A DNA stretch of 64,000 nt from Planctomicrobium piriforme (lineage in GTDB: Bacteria; Planctomycetota; Planctomycetia; Pirellulales; UBA1268), in the NCBI GenBank assembly GCA_945871035.1, contig CAMBUD010000006.1:1859-65858 (forward strand). The letters run 5' to 3'. Made by a program: the position numbers and the translations under genes. This document shows, one piece after another, positions 9,892 through 19,450 of this stretch (the stretch's first letter is position 1; every line of letters starts with the position of its first letter). Under the pieces are notes generated by a model. The model did not search any database and was not told where the DNA came from. It saw only the letters and a list, made by a program, of their open reading frames with translations.

Positions 9892-11093
9892 ATAGGTCGT
9901 ATAGCTGGTTTTGCACAAGCGTCCAGGTTTGCGTGCTTGTTCTGATCGGCTGCTTATCCAGTGCTCCAGCGGCCCCGACTGATGAAGCCCCAGCGGATAA
10001 GTGGCCGATGTTTCGTGGCTGTCTTGCTGGTACGGGTCGATCGGCGTCCATGCTTCATCTGCCGCTTGTTGAAAACTGGCACCGCACGTTTCCCAAGACT
10101 GCTTTTGAGTCTACGCCGGTGATTGCCGATGACACGATCTACATCGGCGATCTGGACGGCATATTTTATGCCCTCGCGATCGCCAGTGGCGAAACAAAAT
10201 GGACATTCAAAGCCCAGGCAGGCTTCAGGAGTGCCGCTGCTATTTCGACAGATGCGGCTGAGCCACTGGTTGTTGTCGGCGATAGTAGCGGCCTTGTTCG
10301 CGCGTTCGATCAACGCAGCGGTGCTGTCCAGTGGGAATATGAAACAGAAGGAGAAATCTCAGGCGGTCCAAGCATCGTGCCACTAGGGAAAGATTCGCGA
10401 GTGCTCGTCGGCTCGCAGGATGCGTCGCTCTCCTGCCTGTTGCTTAACAACGGGAAACTTCTCTGGAAGCATACGATTGCCGATCAGATTCGTTGCTCAC
10501 CGACGGTTGCTGGCGGCAGGGTGTTTCTTGCCGGTTGCGACGGAAAATTGCACGTCATCGATGCACTCACCGGTAAGAGTGTTGGCGATGTGTCAATCGA
10601 TGGGCCGACAGGTACAACGCCCGCTGCACTCAACGATCGTGTCTATTTTGGCAGCGAAGGCGGTGTCTTTTGGGCCATCGATTTTCAAGCACGATCAGTG
10701 GCGTGGAAAGTTGCGACTGCGGCCAACTCGCAGGCCTATCGTTCGAGCGCAGCGATTGTCGAAGATCTTGCCATTGTCGGTTCACGCGGCAAGGCGATCG
10801 AAGCATTTGCCATTGCAGACGGTGAGCGAAAGTGGCGATCATCAACGCGGGGGCGCGTTGATGCATCGCCGGTGGTCGTCAGGGCGACCATAAACGGTAT
10901 CGACAGCCCGCCGGTATCCCTCGTGATTGTTGCCGACTCCGCCGGTACTCTCAGCGCTCTAAGATCAAGTGACGGAACGCGCGTTTGGACATTTGATACC
11001 GGCAACGGATTCTCGGCGTCTCCTGCCGTAGCCAAGGGCCGCGTTGTCATGGCGTCCGATGATGGTACCGTCTGGTGTTTTGGTTCTCAGTAG
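9888..11093 (+). CDS. PQQ-like beta-propeller repeat lipoprotein (BamB-like)
   Basis: The signal peptide has a lipobox (VLVLIGC). Repeated blades have the form ..G.vyvG..dG.lyAld..tG...W. The 401-aa size is as for BamB. The ATG overlaps the ADH stop (ATGA). Confidence 0.75.
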   Translation: MNRSYSWFCTSVQVCVLVLIGCLSSAPAAPTDEAPADKWPMFRGCLAGTGRSASMLHLPLVENWHRTFPKTAFESTPVIADDTIYIGDLDGIFYALAIASGETKWTFKAQAGFRSAAAISTDAAEPLVVVGDSSGLVRAFDQRSGAVQWEYETEGEISGGPSIVPLGKDSRVLVGSQDASLSCLLLNNGKLLWKHTIADQIRCSPTVAGGRVFLAGCDGKLHVIDALTGKSVGDVSIDGPTGTTPAALNDRVYFGSEGGVFWAIDFQARSVAWKVATAANSQAYRSSAAIVEDLAIVGSRGKAIEAFAIADGERKWRSSTRGRVDASPVVVRATINGIDSPPVSLVIVADSAGTLSALRSSDGTRVWTFDTGNGFSASPAVAKGRVVMASDDGTVWCFGSQ

Positions 11094-11095
11094 CA

Positions 11096-12565
11096 ATGAT
11101 CAACAAACCAATGATTGCCACACAGGCCTTCGATCCAGAGACATTTCGGCGGGAGGCCCGCGAGATCATCGACTGGATCGCCGACTACTGGCAAACGCTC
11201 GTCAATAAACCGGTGCTCTCGCAGGTGGATCCGGGATGGGTGCGAGCGCAACTACCCATGCTCGCACCCGAGCAGCCAGAATCCCTGCAGGCTGTGCTGG
11301 CCGACATGGACCGGGTCATCATGCCGGGACTGACTCATTGGCAACATCCCGGTTTTTTTGCCTATTTCCCTGCCAACACCAGTGGACCATCGATTTACGG
11401 AGAACTGCTAACGGCTGGCCTCGGCGTGCAGGGCATGCTGTGGGCTACGTCGCCGGCATGCACCGAATTAGAAACACACGTTCTCGACTGGCTGCAGCAG
11501 TTGCTCGGCCTGCCTGCACGATTTGCTAGCACAGCAACCGGAGGTGGTGTGATTCAAGACTCGGCTTCCAGCGGAGTACTCTGTGCGCTGATCGCCGCTC
11601 GGGAACGGGCCACAGCGCAGCAAAGTAATGCGTCCGGCCTGCATCAAAGGGAACAACCGCTGGTTGCTTATACCAGTACCGACGCCCACTCAAGTGTCGA
11701 GAAGGCGGTTGCAATTGCTGGGATTGGACGCGATTGGATACGAAAGATTCCGACAAACACTCGTGGCGAAATGGATACCACCGCCCTAGCTGCGGCCATG
11801 CGCGGTGATGCCGATTCTGGAAACAGGCCATTTTTTGTCGCTGCCACGGTTGGAACGACGTCGTGTGGTGCGTTTGATCCCGTGCTAGAGATCGCTACGT
11901 GCACTCGGTTGCACAACGCCTGGCTGCACATTGATGCCGCTTGGGCGGGTGCTGCAGCGATCTGTCCTGAATTGCGCCAGGCGATTGTGGCGGGGGCAGA
12001 ATGCGCCGACAGCTGGGGCTTCAATCCTCACAAGTGGCTGCTGGTGAATTTTGATTGCCACACGCTTTGGGTGGCCGATCGAGGAGCCCTCACACGCGCT
12101 TTGTCGGTGAAGCCAGAGTACTTGCACAACCCGGCATCGCAGAGCGGGGCTGTGATCGACTACAGCGATTGGCAGGTGCCACTGGGCCGTCGCTTCAGAG
12201 CTCTCAAGCTCTGGATGACACTGCGCATGATCGGGGCTCATGCGCTGCGGCAGCACATCCTGCAGCACGTTGCATTGGCAGCTGAGTTTGCCGGGTGGGT
12301 GCGGGCTGACCCTCGCTTTGAACTGCTTTGCGAGCCGAGTCTGAGCCTTGTATGCTTTGCCTTACGAGCGGGCGACAAAGCGTCTGCAGAGTTGCTTTAC
12401 AGCGTGAACCAATCGGGCGTATTATTTTGTAGTCACGCGAAAGTCAGCGGACGCTATGCGATCCGTCTGGCTATCGGTGGTACGCTAACACAAAAAGTAC
12501 ACGTCGCATCGGCGTGGCAAGCCTTGATAACATGCGCCGATGCTCTGGAGAAATCTCAATCATGA
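11096..12565 (+). CDS. Pyridoxal-phosphate dependent aromatic-L-amino-acid (Tyr/Trp/DOPA-type) decarboxylase, group II
   Basis: HWQHPGFFAYFPAN, SGPSIYGELL, and the PLP-lysine block SWGFNPHKWLLVNFDC. ATG 11096 lies 2 nt after the upstream stop. Confidence 0.85.
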   Translation: MINKPMIATQAFDPETFRREAREIIDWIADYWQTLVNKPVLSQVDPGWVRAQLPMLAPEQPESLQAVLADMDRVIMPGLTHWQHPGFFAYFPANTSGPSIYGELLTAGLGVQGMLWATSPACTELETHVLDWLQQLLGLPARFASTATGGGVIQDSASSGVLCALIAARERATAQQSNASGLHQREQPLVAYTSTDAHSSVEKAVAIAGIGRDWIRKIPTNTRGEMDTTALAAAMRGDADSGNRPFFVAATVGTTSCGAFDPVLEIATCTRLHNAWLHIDAAWAGAAAICPELRQAIVAGAECADSWGFNPHKWLLVNFDCHTLWVADRGALTRALSVKPEYLHNPASQSGAVIDYSDWQVPLGRRFRALKLWMTLRMIGAHALRQHILQHVALAAEFAGWVRADPRFELLCEPSLSLVCFALRAGDKASAELLYSVNQSGVLFCSHAKVSGRYAIRLAIGGTLTQKVHVASAWQALITCADALEKSQS

Positions 12566-13215
12566 ATGCCGCCAGTTTTATCCGCCGTTGCTCACAGCTA
12601 TTCGCGGCGATCCTGAGCAGTCTTTTGATAGGAAATCATGGTTACGAGGCCTTTTCTCAGGAGGTCCCTGTGGCGAAGCCGATGATGGTTTCCGAGGCAA
12701 AACTGCCAAAAGATTTTCCTGCTCCCGGATTGGTTGGAGAGGTGATTATCAAAACATATCCTGCTCATCGGTTGGCACGAGTGAAGGCGGAGAATGAAAA
12801 CGATAACGGCATGTTTATGAAGCTCTTCCGTCACATCGAGCGGAACAAAATCTCAATGACAGCGCCGGTCGAGATGGAATGGTCTGCTGACGAATCCGCC
12901 AAAGTGGCTGGCGATCCTAAGTCGATGGCTTTTCTTTATGGCAGTGCTGAGATTGGCTCGACCGGAGAAGACCCAAAGGACCCGCTGGTGGTTGTTGAGG
13001 ATGTTGCAGCCATGAAGGTGGTATCGATTGGTCTTCGTGGTGGCTACGGTCGTGAAGTGCTTGACAGAGGTCTGAAGCAACTCCAAACCTGGCTGGCGGC
13101 CAATCCTCAATGGCAGTCTGCAGGCCCTCCGCGAACTCTCGGATACAACAGCCCGTTTGTGCCCAACCTATTCAAATATTCTGAGGTGCAGATCCCGATT
13201 GCGCCTGTGCCGTGA
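12562..13215 (+). CDS. SOUL haem-binding family protein, exported
   Basis: Signal peptide MNAASFIRRCSQLFAAILSSLLIG. SOUL-like blocks are VIIKTYPAHRLARV, MFMKLFRHIERNKISMTAPVEMEW and GYNSPF. The ATG overlaps the decarboxylase stop (ATGA). Confidence 0.7.
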   Translation: MNAASFIRRCSQLFAAILSSLLIGNHGYEAFSQEVPVAKPMMVSEAKLPKDFPAPGLVGEVIIKTYPAHRLARVKAENENDNGMFMKLFRHIERNKISMTAPVEMEWSADESAKVAGDPKSMAFLYGSAEIGSTGEDPKDPLVVVEDVAAMKVVSIGLRGGYGREVLDRGLKQLQTWLAANPQWQSAGPPRTLGYNSPFVPNLFKYSEVQIPIAPVP

Positions 13216-13466
13216 TAGGCCCAGAGAGCGCGTCATTTGGTAGGCCACCCGTCCTGCATCCAATCAGGTGTTCTGGGCTATCTGCGTGGCTTTTTTTGCG
13301 ATTCTGCCAACTGTCGGGGGCGTTTTTTGCTCTATTTTTCAACCTGTTTGTGCCGAATAGATTGGCATGAACCAACCCTGCCGGGCTGCGTATTATGGTG
13401 TGCAGCCTGTTTTCGCTCGGCCTCTCTCACTATGGAAGCCGCTGAAATGGGCAAGGCGAGGCACCT

Positions 13467-13901
13467 ATGGCACGCAAAGACGCACTTTTAAACCATCACG
13501 TCATTTTGATTCGCAGGCGGGACGCCTTGCGCAGTGCTTTAGCGGGTGATTTGTCGCTGCTCAAAGAACTGCGCAGTGAATCCCCTGGAGATGTGATTGA
13601 TGCGGCCCTCGATTCCACTCAAGATGAAATTAGTTCTCAACTTGCAGAAGTGGAAAGCCGGGAATTAGCGTCGATAGAAAATGCTTTGCAGCAGATGCAA
13701 ATTGGGCGCTACGGCGTCTGCGAGATCTGCAACAGCAAGATTCCAATGGCTCGCTTGAATGCCCTTCCCTACGCCACAATGTGCATCGCCTGTCAACGCG
13801 ATGTGGAACGCATGGGCTTAGGCTCGGCTCAGTTTCTCAAAGATTCTGAGGACTCGGACAACCAAACGGTGTCGGGCGAGATGGAATTAGACCTGTCCTA
13901 A
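13467..13901 (+). CDS. DksA/TraR family C4-type zinc-finger protein
   Basis: A coiled-coil N-terminal part is followed by CEICNSKIPMARLNALPYATMCIACQ (CxxC-N17-CxxC). Confidence 0.8.
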   Translation: MARKDALLNHHVILIRRRDALRSALAGDLSLLKELRSESPGDVIDAALDSTQDEISSQLAEVESRELASIENALQQMQIGRYGVCEICNSKIPMARLNALPYATMCIACQRDVERMGLGSAQFLKDSEDSDNQTVSGEMELDLS

Positions 13902-13922
13902 ACTAAAAAACGCTCCTCGAGT

Positions 13923-15173
13923 ATGCTGTTAGCTCGCCGTCTTCTACCCATGTGCGAGCGTATTGAGATGCATCCTGCCCCCTCCTTTGTTCTTCCTGCT
14001 GCGATGAGCGGGCTTTTGCTGTTCACGGTATTTTGTCCGTTTGTGATCGCCCAAGCCGAGGAGCCTCCGGTCAAACTGTCGCCAGTCGAACAATCCAAAG
14101 ACGGCAGTGCTTCGGTGATTGACCCGATGCGGTCAAGTCGCCTTTCGGCAAGAGATCGGGAAAAACTTTATGAACAGATCGTGCGAGACGCCGAAATACT
14201 GGAGCGTCAAAGTGCTCAATTCCGTCGGCTGACGCAATTATTGCGCCCCACAGTTGTTCACATTGATACGAAAAAACCTGCCCTGCGTCCCAAGAACGGC
14301 AAGGCCAGCGAGGACGAGGCCGGATCGGGCGTGATCGCAAAGGTGGCCGGGCGTCTGGTCGTGATCACCAATCGGCATGTGATCAACCGTGCGGAACTCG
14401 ATAATATTACGATTCGCCTCGACGATGGTCGGGAACTGAAACCAATACGGCTCTGGTCTGATGCGGGCACCGACATCGGCGTGCTGGAAATCACGGGAGA
14501 GGATTTAGAGCCCGCTCGGCTCGATGAAAAAGATAGCGTGCAGATTGGCGATATGGTGTTAGCGATCGGCAGCCCATTTGGCCTGTCTCATTCGGTGACG
14601 CTTGGCATTGTGTCAGCGAAGGGACGCCGCGATTTAGAGCTTGGCGAGGGAGGCGTAAAGTTCCAAGACTTTATTCAAACCGATGCAGCGATTAATCCCG
14701 GCAACAGTGGCGGGCCGTTGGTGAACCTGCGCGGTGATGTGGTCGGGCTGAATACGGCTATCGCTAGTAATTCTGGTGGCAGCGAGGGCATTGGGTTTGC
14801 CATACCGATGCCGATGGTGCTTTTTGTGGCTAGGCAACTCGTGGAAAACGGCGTGGTATCTCGAGCCTATCTGGGTGTCACGCTCGATCGAGGCTTTTCT
14901 CAGAAGATGGCGCAGCGACTCGGCATGACCCGTGCAATTGGGGCGCGAGTATCGGGAGTTACGAAGGGATCTCCAGCCGACGTTGCTGGCCTGGTTCCGG
15001 ATGACGTGGTTCTTGAATTCGATGGCAATGCCATTGAAGACGACGACCATCTGGTGAGCTTAGTCAGTGTGACTCCCACCGATCGCACCGTCTCGCTTGT
15101 TGTGTTCCGCCAACGCCAACGGATTTCATTAAAAATGCCGGTTGCCAGTCGAGAGCAATTTGAGGTGCAGTAG
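13923..15173 (+). CDS. HtrA/DegP-family periplasmic serine protease (trypsin-like domain plus PDZ)
   Basis: His block VITNRHVI. Ser block TDAAINPGNSGGPLVNLRGDVVGLNTAI. C-terminal PDZ (GARVSGVTKGSPADVAGLVPDDVVLEFDG). Signal/TM segment near the N-terminus. The start could be a downstream Met. Confidence 0.9.
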   Translation: MLLARRLLPMCERIEMHPAPSFVLPAAMSGLLLFTVFCPFVIAQAEEPPVKLSPVEQSKDGSASVIDPMRSSRLSARDREKLYEQIVRDAEILERQSAQFRRLTQLLRPTVVHIDTKKPALRPKNGKASEDEAGSGVIAKVAGRLVVITNRHVINRAELDNITIRLDDGRELKPIRLWSDAGTDIGVLEITGEDLEPARLDEKDSVQIGDMVLAIGSPFGLSHSVTLGIVSAKGRRDLELGEGGVKFQDFIQTDAAINPGNSGGPLVNLRGDVVGLNTAIASNSGGSEGIGFAIPMPMVLFVARQLVENGVVSRAYLGVTLDRGFSQKMAQRLGMTRAIGARVSGVTKGSPADVAGLVPDDVVLEFDGNAIEDDDHLVSLVSVTPTDRTVSLVVFRQRQRISLKMPVASREQFEVQ

Positions 15174-15194
15174 CCCTTGAATGGCCTTGGTCAG

Positions 15195-16142
15195 TTACGT
15201 TCGGCTGGCGGCAGTTGCGAGCGATCGCAGAATACAATCCTGTACTGCGGCGGCATCGCAGGCCAGTAATAATTCGATGTTTGGCCGCCACTGCCTGACC
15301 TGCCGACGGTCTGCTACCAGCATGCCTGTTGTGAGTTCGCCAGCGGTTTCCACATCAGCCGCAATAGCCGTTCGCTCAAAAAGCTCTGGATTCGTTAGAG
15401 CCACCAGAGCAACCACGTCATGCAGGCAAAGACCCTCGCTACCGAGTAGTTGACGATGGGCGCGAAAAGCGTGCGGCAACATGCGGTGCAAAATTTTTCC
15501 GGCACGGGAAAACTCATCCGGCAACTGCTGAAGCACCTCAAAGCCCAGCATAGCCTGACTCGTTGTCTCCAATGGCACAAGCGTTTTTGCAAGTGGTTCG
15601 CGCACAACATGTCGCGCGGCCAAAGGATCGCAGTAGAGATTGAAATCGGCTACCGGGGTCACATTGCCACCAGCTCGCACGGTGCCTCCAGAAATAATGA
15701 GCTCACCAATACACTCAACGATCGAAGGATCTCGTGCAAGGACTCGCGAGATATTTGTCAGCGGCCCCAGTGCGAGGATCGTAACCTCCCGCGGATGCGC
15801 ACGAATGGTTTCCCAGATAACCTTCTCGGAGGGATGTCCGCCATGCAGTTGAGCCCGCGGTAGATCGATGTCTCCAAGGCCATCACTACCGTTGAGATTA
15901 TTTGGCTTATCTGGAAGCACAGTGTCAGTGGGGGCTGCGCCGAGCCTTGGCAAGCGCGGCGGATCTAAAAATGCAACTAAGGCTTGAAGATTTGCCGTGG
16001 CCTGTTCAGGGTTAACGTGGCCCCCCGTGGCTGTGACAGCCACTACCTCCAAGCGTGGATCAAAGAGAGCCATGGCGAGAGCCACGGCGTCGTCGATTCC
16101 CGGATCCATATCGATGATTACTTTGCGAATCTTTGCTGGCAT
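15195..16142 (-). CDS. Nucleoside hydrolase (inosine/uridine-preferring family)
   Basis: N-terminal Ca/ribose-binding motif KVIIDMDPGIDDAVALAMAL. 315 aa, which is typical for the family. Confidence 0.85.
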   Translation of the reverse strand: MPAKIRKVIIDMDPGIDDAVALAMALFDPRLEVVAVTATGGHVNPEQATANLQALVAFLDPPRLPRLGAAPTDTVLPDKPNNLNGSDGLGDIDLPRAQLHGGHPSEKVIWETIRAHPREVTILALGPLTNISRVLARDPSIVECIGELIISGGTVRAGGNVTPVADFNLYCDPLAARHVVREPLAKTLVPLETTSQAMLGFEVLQQLPDEFSRAGKILHRMLPHAFRAHRQLLGSEGLCLHDVVALVALTNPELFERTAIAADVETAGELTTGMLVADRRQVRQWRPNIELLLACDAAAVQDCILRSLATAASRT

Positions 16143-16288
16143 GGCACGATCCTAACAGGCTTGGACAGTGTAGAAAACTCAGACTTGGGAACCGTTGCTG
16201 CACGGGCCGACAAGACAATTTGGCACGGTCCATGCCACAATCGTTAGCGGCATAAACCAGTTCAAACTACAAAAGTCTGCGGCAGTAC

Positions 16289-17383
16289 ATGAGTCCACCG
16301 AGCCAACCCAATCAGTTGCCCGACCGGAGTTCGGATCTGGTCGATCAGGCCTTGCAAAAACAAGCCAGCGGCCAGCCTCTCGAACGGGAAATGGCATGCG
16401 AATTGGTGGAAGCCGTTCTTACTGATCGGATTGGAGTCGAACGCTTTGGAGTTTGGCTGGAGCAGTCCGTGTCGGTGCCACCATCGGCTGCCGTCATCGC
16501 AGGCGTCGCCGATGCATTGCGAAAAAAAATGCAACGACTGACATTCGATGGCCTGCCTGACCAACTCCAAAAACCAATGCTGATTGGTGATACCTGCGGT
16601 ACCGGCGGTGATAATTCAGGATCATTCAACATCAGCACGGCCGCGGCCATCGTTGTCGCGGGAGCAGGTTTACCAATCGCCAAACATGGCAATCGGGCCG
16701 TATCGAGTCGCACCGGAAGCGCAGACGTTTTTGAATCGCTTGGCATTGTCATCGATGGCCCACCGCAAACAGCAGCCCGTTGCCTAGCGGAGATAGGTCT
16801 TTGCTTTTGTTATGCCCCCACACATCACCCAGCGATCGCTATGCTGGGCTCTCTGCGACGACGGATTGGCAAGCCAACAGTCTTTAATCTGGTTGGGCCG
16901 CTGTGCAATCCGGCTGGTGCGACGGTGCAGGTGATCGGGGTCGGTAGGCCAGAATCGCATGCGGCACTCGCTTCAGCGGCCTGGCTGACGGGCTTGCGTC
17001 GGGGCATTGTCGTTGCCTGTGAAGATGGAATTGATGAGGTTGGCCTCTTTGCGGCCACGCATGTGATCGATGTCAGCGTGGAAGAAGTTCGCCACACGAC
17101 ATGGATACCAGAGGATTTTGGCATCAACACAGCCCCCCAATCCCTGCGGGCTGATCTCGCTGCATCGGGGCCTGCCGAGAGTGCAGCGATCATTAAACAG
17201 GTGCTGGCGGGGGAACGCGGAGTGTGTCGCGATACCGTTGTGCTCAATGCCGCCGCACTACTTTGGGCGGCTGGCAGGGGGGCGAATCTGCGAGCAGCCG
17301 CCGCTCTGGCGGCAGAATCGATCGATTCCGGCAGCGCTCGCCGCACGCTTGATCGGTTAGCAAAAGCAACGAATCCGCGTTGA
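16289..17383 (+). CDS. trpD: Anthranilate phosphoribosyltransferase
   Basis: GDTCGTGGDNSGSFNISTAAAIVVAGAGLPIAKHGNRAVSSRTGSADVFESLG is the canonical TrpD PRPP-binding region. There are no other trp genes in the window. Confidence 0.9.
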   Translation: MSPPSQPNQLPDRSSDLVDQALQKQASGQPLEREMACELVEAVLTDRIGVERFGVWLEQSVSVPPSAAVIAGVADALRKKMQRLTFDGLPDQLQKPMLIGDTCGTGGDNSGSFNISTAAAIVVAGAGLPIAKHGNRAVSSRTGSADVFESLGIVIDGPPQTAARCLAEIGLCFCYAPTHHPAIAMLGSLRRRIGKPTVFNLVGPLCNPAGATVQVIGVGRPESHAALASAAWLTGLRRGIVVACEDGIDEVGLFAATHVIDVSVEEVRHTTWIPEDFGINTAPQSLRADLAASGPAESAAIIKQVLAGERGVCRDTVVLNAAALLWAAGRGANLRAAAALAAESIDSGSARRTLDRLAKATNPR

Positions 17384-17405
17384 AATCGATGCTGTTGCTC
17401 ATCTA

Positions 17406-17459
17406 GAACGGTCTGTCCAAGAGGAACGGCCTATCCAAGAAAATCGGTCTGCCCAAGAA
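17406..17459. repeat. 18-bp direct tandem repeat x3 (gaacggtctgtccaagag / gaacggcctatccaagaa / aatcggtctgcccaagaa)
   Basis: Read directly from the sequence. The core CGGyCTryCCAAGA is conserved in all three units. It lies 23 nt after the trpD stop and about 180 nt upstream of the next gene. Confidence 0.9.
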
Positions 17460-17639
17460 AACAGCGTTCGGCTGGGCCACCCAGACTTGCCAAGCCTCTC
17501 AAACAGCGGGCATCGTAGTCCGCATTTCCTGCCTCAACTCCTCAGCTGTCAAAGTCGATAGTGGATGTGTAGGATATTTCTGAGTGGGTTCCTAACTCCA
17601 CATCTATCAGATATCGAATCTGACTAGGATACGGTCGCA

Positions 17640-18602
17640 ATGAAACGCTCTGCTAACTATTTTGCTTCTCGTGCACGCCGCCGCCGTTCTCGCATCAAGC
17701 CTAGCAATCTTGTCTGCGAACAACTGGAAACCCGTGCAATGCTGGCGGTTCTTGGAGATGTCGGAAATCTGGAAGAGTTTCTGTCTGCCGAGGCAAGCTA
17801 TCCGGTAGCCGAATGTACGCCGTTGCTTCCAGACGAAGCGTCAATAGCGTCATGCTGGATTTTCTTGCCACCGCCCGACTGCGCGATAGACCCAATCTCT
17901 ATTGATGACGTGACCGATGACGTGACTGATGACGTGACTGATGACGTGACTGATGACGTGACTGATGACGTGACTGATGACGGATCGTTACAGCTTGGCT
18001 TCGGGTGGCCTAGGTATCGGACCGTTCCGGCCCTTCCGACCTATCCGCCTTCGGACTTCGTCTACCACGCCCACTACCACCACCACGAAGACTACCGTCC
18101 TGGAGTCATCTACGGCGCTCACGACGCTCTCGCTCGGGGCTACATCGATCAGGATAATGTCCTCCACGAACTCAACTGGCGGATCGATGTCTACATCGAT
18201 CAGGATAATGTCGTCCACGTCGAAGGGTGGCTGGTCGAGGACAGTTTCCTGCGAGTTTCAGAGCCTACGCTGCCTCTCCCCGAGAGTGCAGAAACAGAGA
18301 TCGCAGAGAGCCCGCTGCTCTGGGCCGCTCTTCAGTACGTGATCGATAACACGAGTTCTGAAAACTTTGGCTCGTACACAACAGATGTTGGTCCCGCAGT
18401 TGATTCAACGGTGGTGTCCCCCATTTCGCGTCCCTCGTTGAGCGAAAGTGCTCAGACCCCAACTCAAATCACAGTTGTATCGATCGCCGCTGATCTGCTG
18501 CTGAACGCTCCGGAGTCAGCAGAGGCCCCGTTGGCTGACGGGACTAAACTTTCCGACGACTTCTCCGCAGCAGCAATGCTTTTGTCCAGCAGCGATGCTT
18601 GA
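17640..18602 (+). CDS. Secreted repeat protein with an R-rich...LETRAMLA N-terminal leader and a (DDVT)n tract
   Basis: 320-aa ORF. N-terminus is MKRSANYFASRARRRRSRIKPSNLVCEQLETRAMLA. It contains DDVT x6-7 and a 17-aa internal duplication (YIDQDNVxH). No catalytic motif. Confidence 0.6.
   Translation: MKRSANYFASRARRRRSRIKPSNLVCEQLETRAMLAVLGDVGNLEEFLSAEASYPVAECTPLLPDEASIASCWIFLPPPDCAIDPISIDDVTDDVTDDVTDDVTDDVTDDVTDDGSLQLGFGWPRYRTVPALPTYPPSDFVYHAHYHHHEDYRPGVIYGAHDALARGYIDQDNVLHELNWRIDVYIDQDNVVHVEGWLVEDSFLRVSEPTLPLPESAETEIAESPLLWAALQYVIDNTSSENFGSYTTDVGPAVDSTVVSPISRPSLSESAQTPTQITVVSIAADLLLNAPESAEAPLADGTKLSDDFSAAAMLLSSSDA
17904..17983 (+). repeat. Perfect 12-bp tandem repeat GATGACGTGAC(C/T), 6 full copies plus a partial, in frame (DDVT)
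   Basis: Read directly. Copies start at 17904, 17916, 17928, 17940, 17952 and 17964, with a partial copy at 17976-17983. The only variation is C/T in the first copy. Confidence 0.95.
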
Positions 18603-18637
18603 AGCCGGATAGATTCCTACCGCTCGAACGATTTTTT

Positions 18638-19450
18638 CTACGAGAGCGGCAACTCAAGGCCGTCGTAGGCAAGTTCCACGCCATCCGGCAAAGCGGCAGA
18701 AAGAGTGGCGTGCTCGATGTCGTGCGACATGTGAACGAGCAGCGTGCGTCGAGCAGCAATTCGAGACGCCTCAGCCAATGCCTGCTCAAGTGAAAAATGT
18801 GTTGGGTGGCTTGCCTGCCGCAGGCAATCAAGCACAAGCACATCGAGATCGGCAAGCAGCGGCCTCGTCTCGTCCGGAATATGGTTGGTGTCGGTGCAGT
18901 AGGCAATGTTGTTAAACCGAAAGCCGAGCACATCAAGCGATCCGTGCTGCAATCGCAGCGGCAGCACGCGGGCACCAAGCAGATCAAACGAGGCGGTAGA
19001 AATCCGTTCAAAAAGGACCTTTGGCAGGCCTCCGCCCGGCACCGAAGCAGTCTCAAATGCGTAGTCAAAGGCCTTCCGGATGCGCTGCTCAACTCTTGGC
19101 TCGCACAGCAACGGGATCGGCTTGCCAGATGCGAAGCATAACGGACGCACATCGTCGAGGCCGTAAACGTGGTCAACGTGATCGTGGGTGTAGAGCACGG
19201 CATCCACGCGACCGATGCGCTCTCGCAATAATTGCGTGCGCAGATCAGGCGTTGTATCGATGAGCAGTGTGCCTTCTGGTAGGCCTAATGCAACGCTGGT
19301 ACGCGTGCGACTGTTGCGGGGGTCCTTGCTTGTGCACGTTGCGCAGTCGCAGCCCACAACCGGAACGCCCACACTCGTGCCGGTACCAAGAAAGAGAAAG
19401 CGTCCAGTGAGGTTGCGAAAAAGGTGCGGTTGGGCCACGTCAGAAATCAC
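18638..19450 (-). CDS. MBL-fold metallo-hydrolase (PhnP-like)
   Basis: [21 protein letters not shown]-terminal Cys cluster and the [14 protein letters not shown] metal motif. The ATG overlaps the sulfatase stop by 4 nt. Confidence 0.8.
   Translation of the reverse strand: MISDVAQPHLFRNLTGRFLFLGTGTSVGVPVVGCDCATCTSKDPRNSRTRTSVALGLPEGTLLIDTTPDLRTQLLRERIGRVDAVLYTHDHVDHVYGLDDVRPLCFASGKPIPLLCEPRVEQRIRKAFDYAFETASVPGGGLPKVLFERISTASFDLLGARVLPLRLQHGSLDVLGFRFNNIAYCTDTNHIPDETRPLLADLDVLVLDCLRQASHPTHFSLEQALAEASRIAARRTLLVHMSHDIEHATLSAALPDGVELAYDGLELPLS

Noticed and set aside
13216-13466. Possible sRNA or terminator in the 251-bp gap after the SOUL gene, with T-runs at 13291-13297 and 13323-13328.
   Set aside because: I could not draw a convincing GC-rich stem immediately upstream of either T-run, and no known RNA family motif was recognised.
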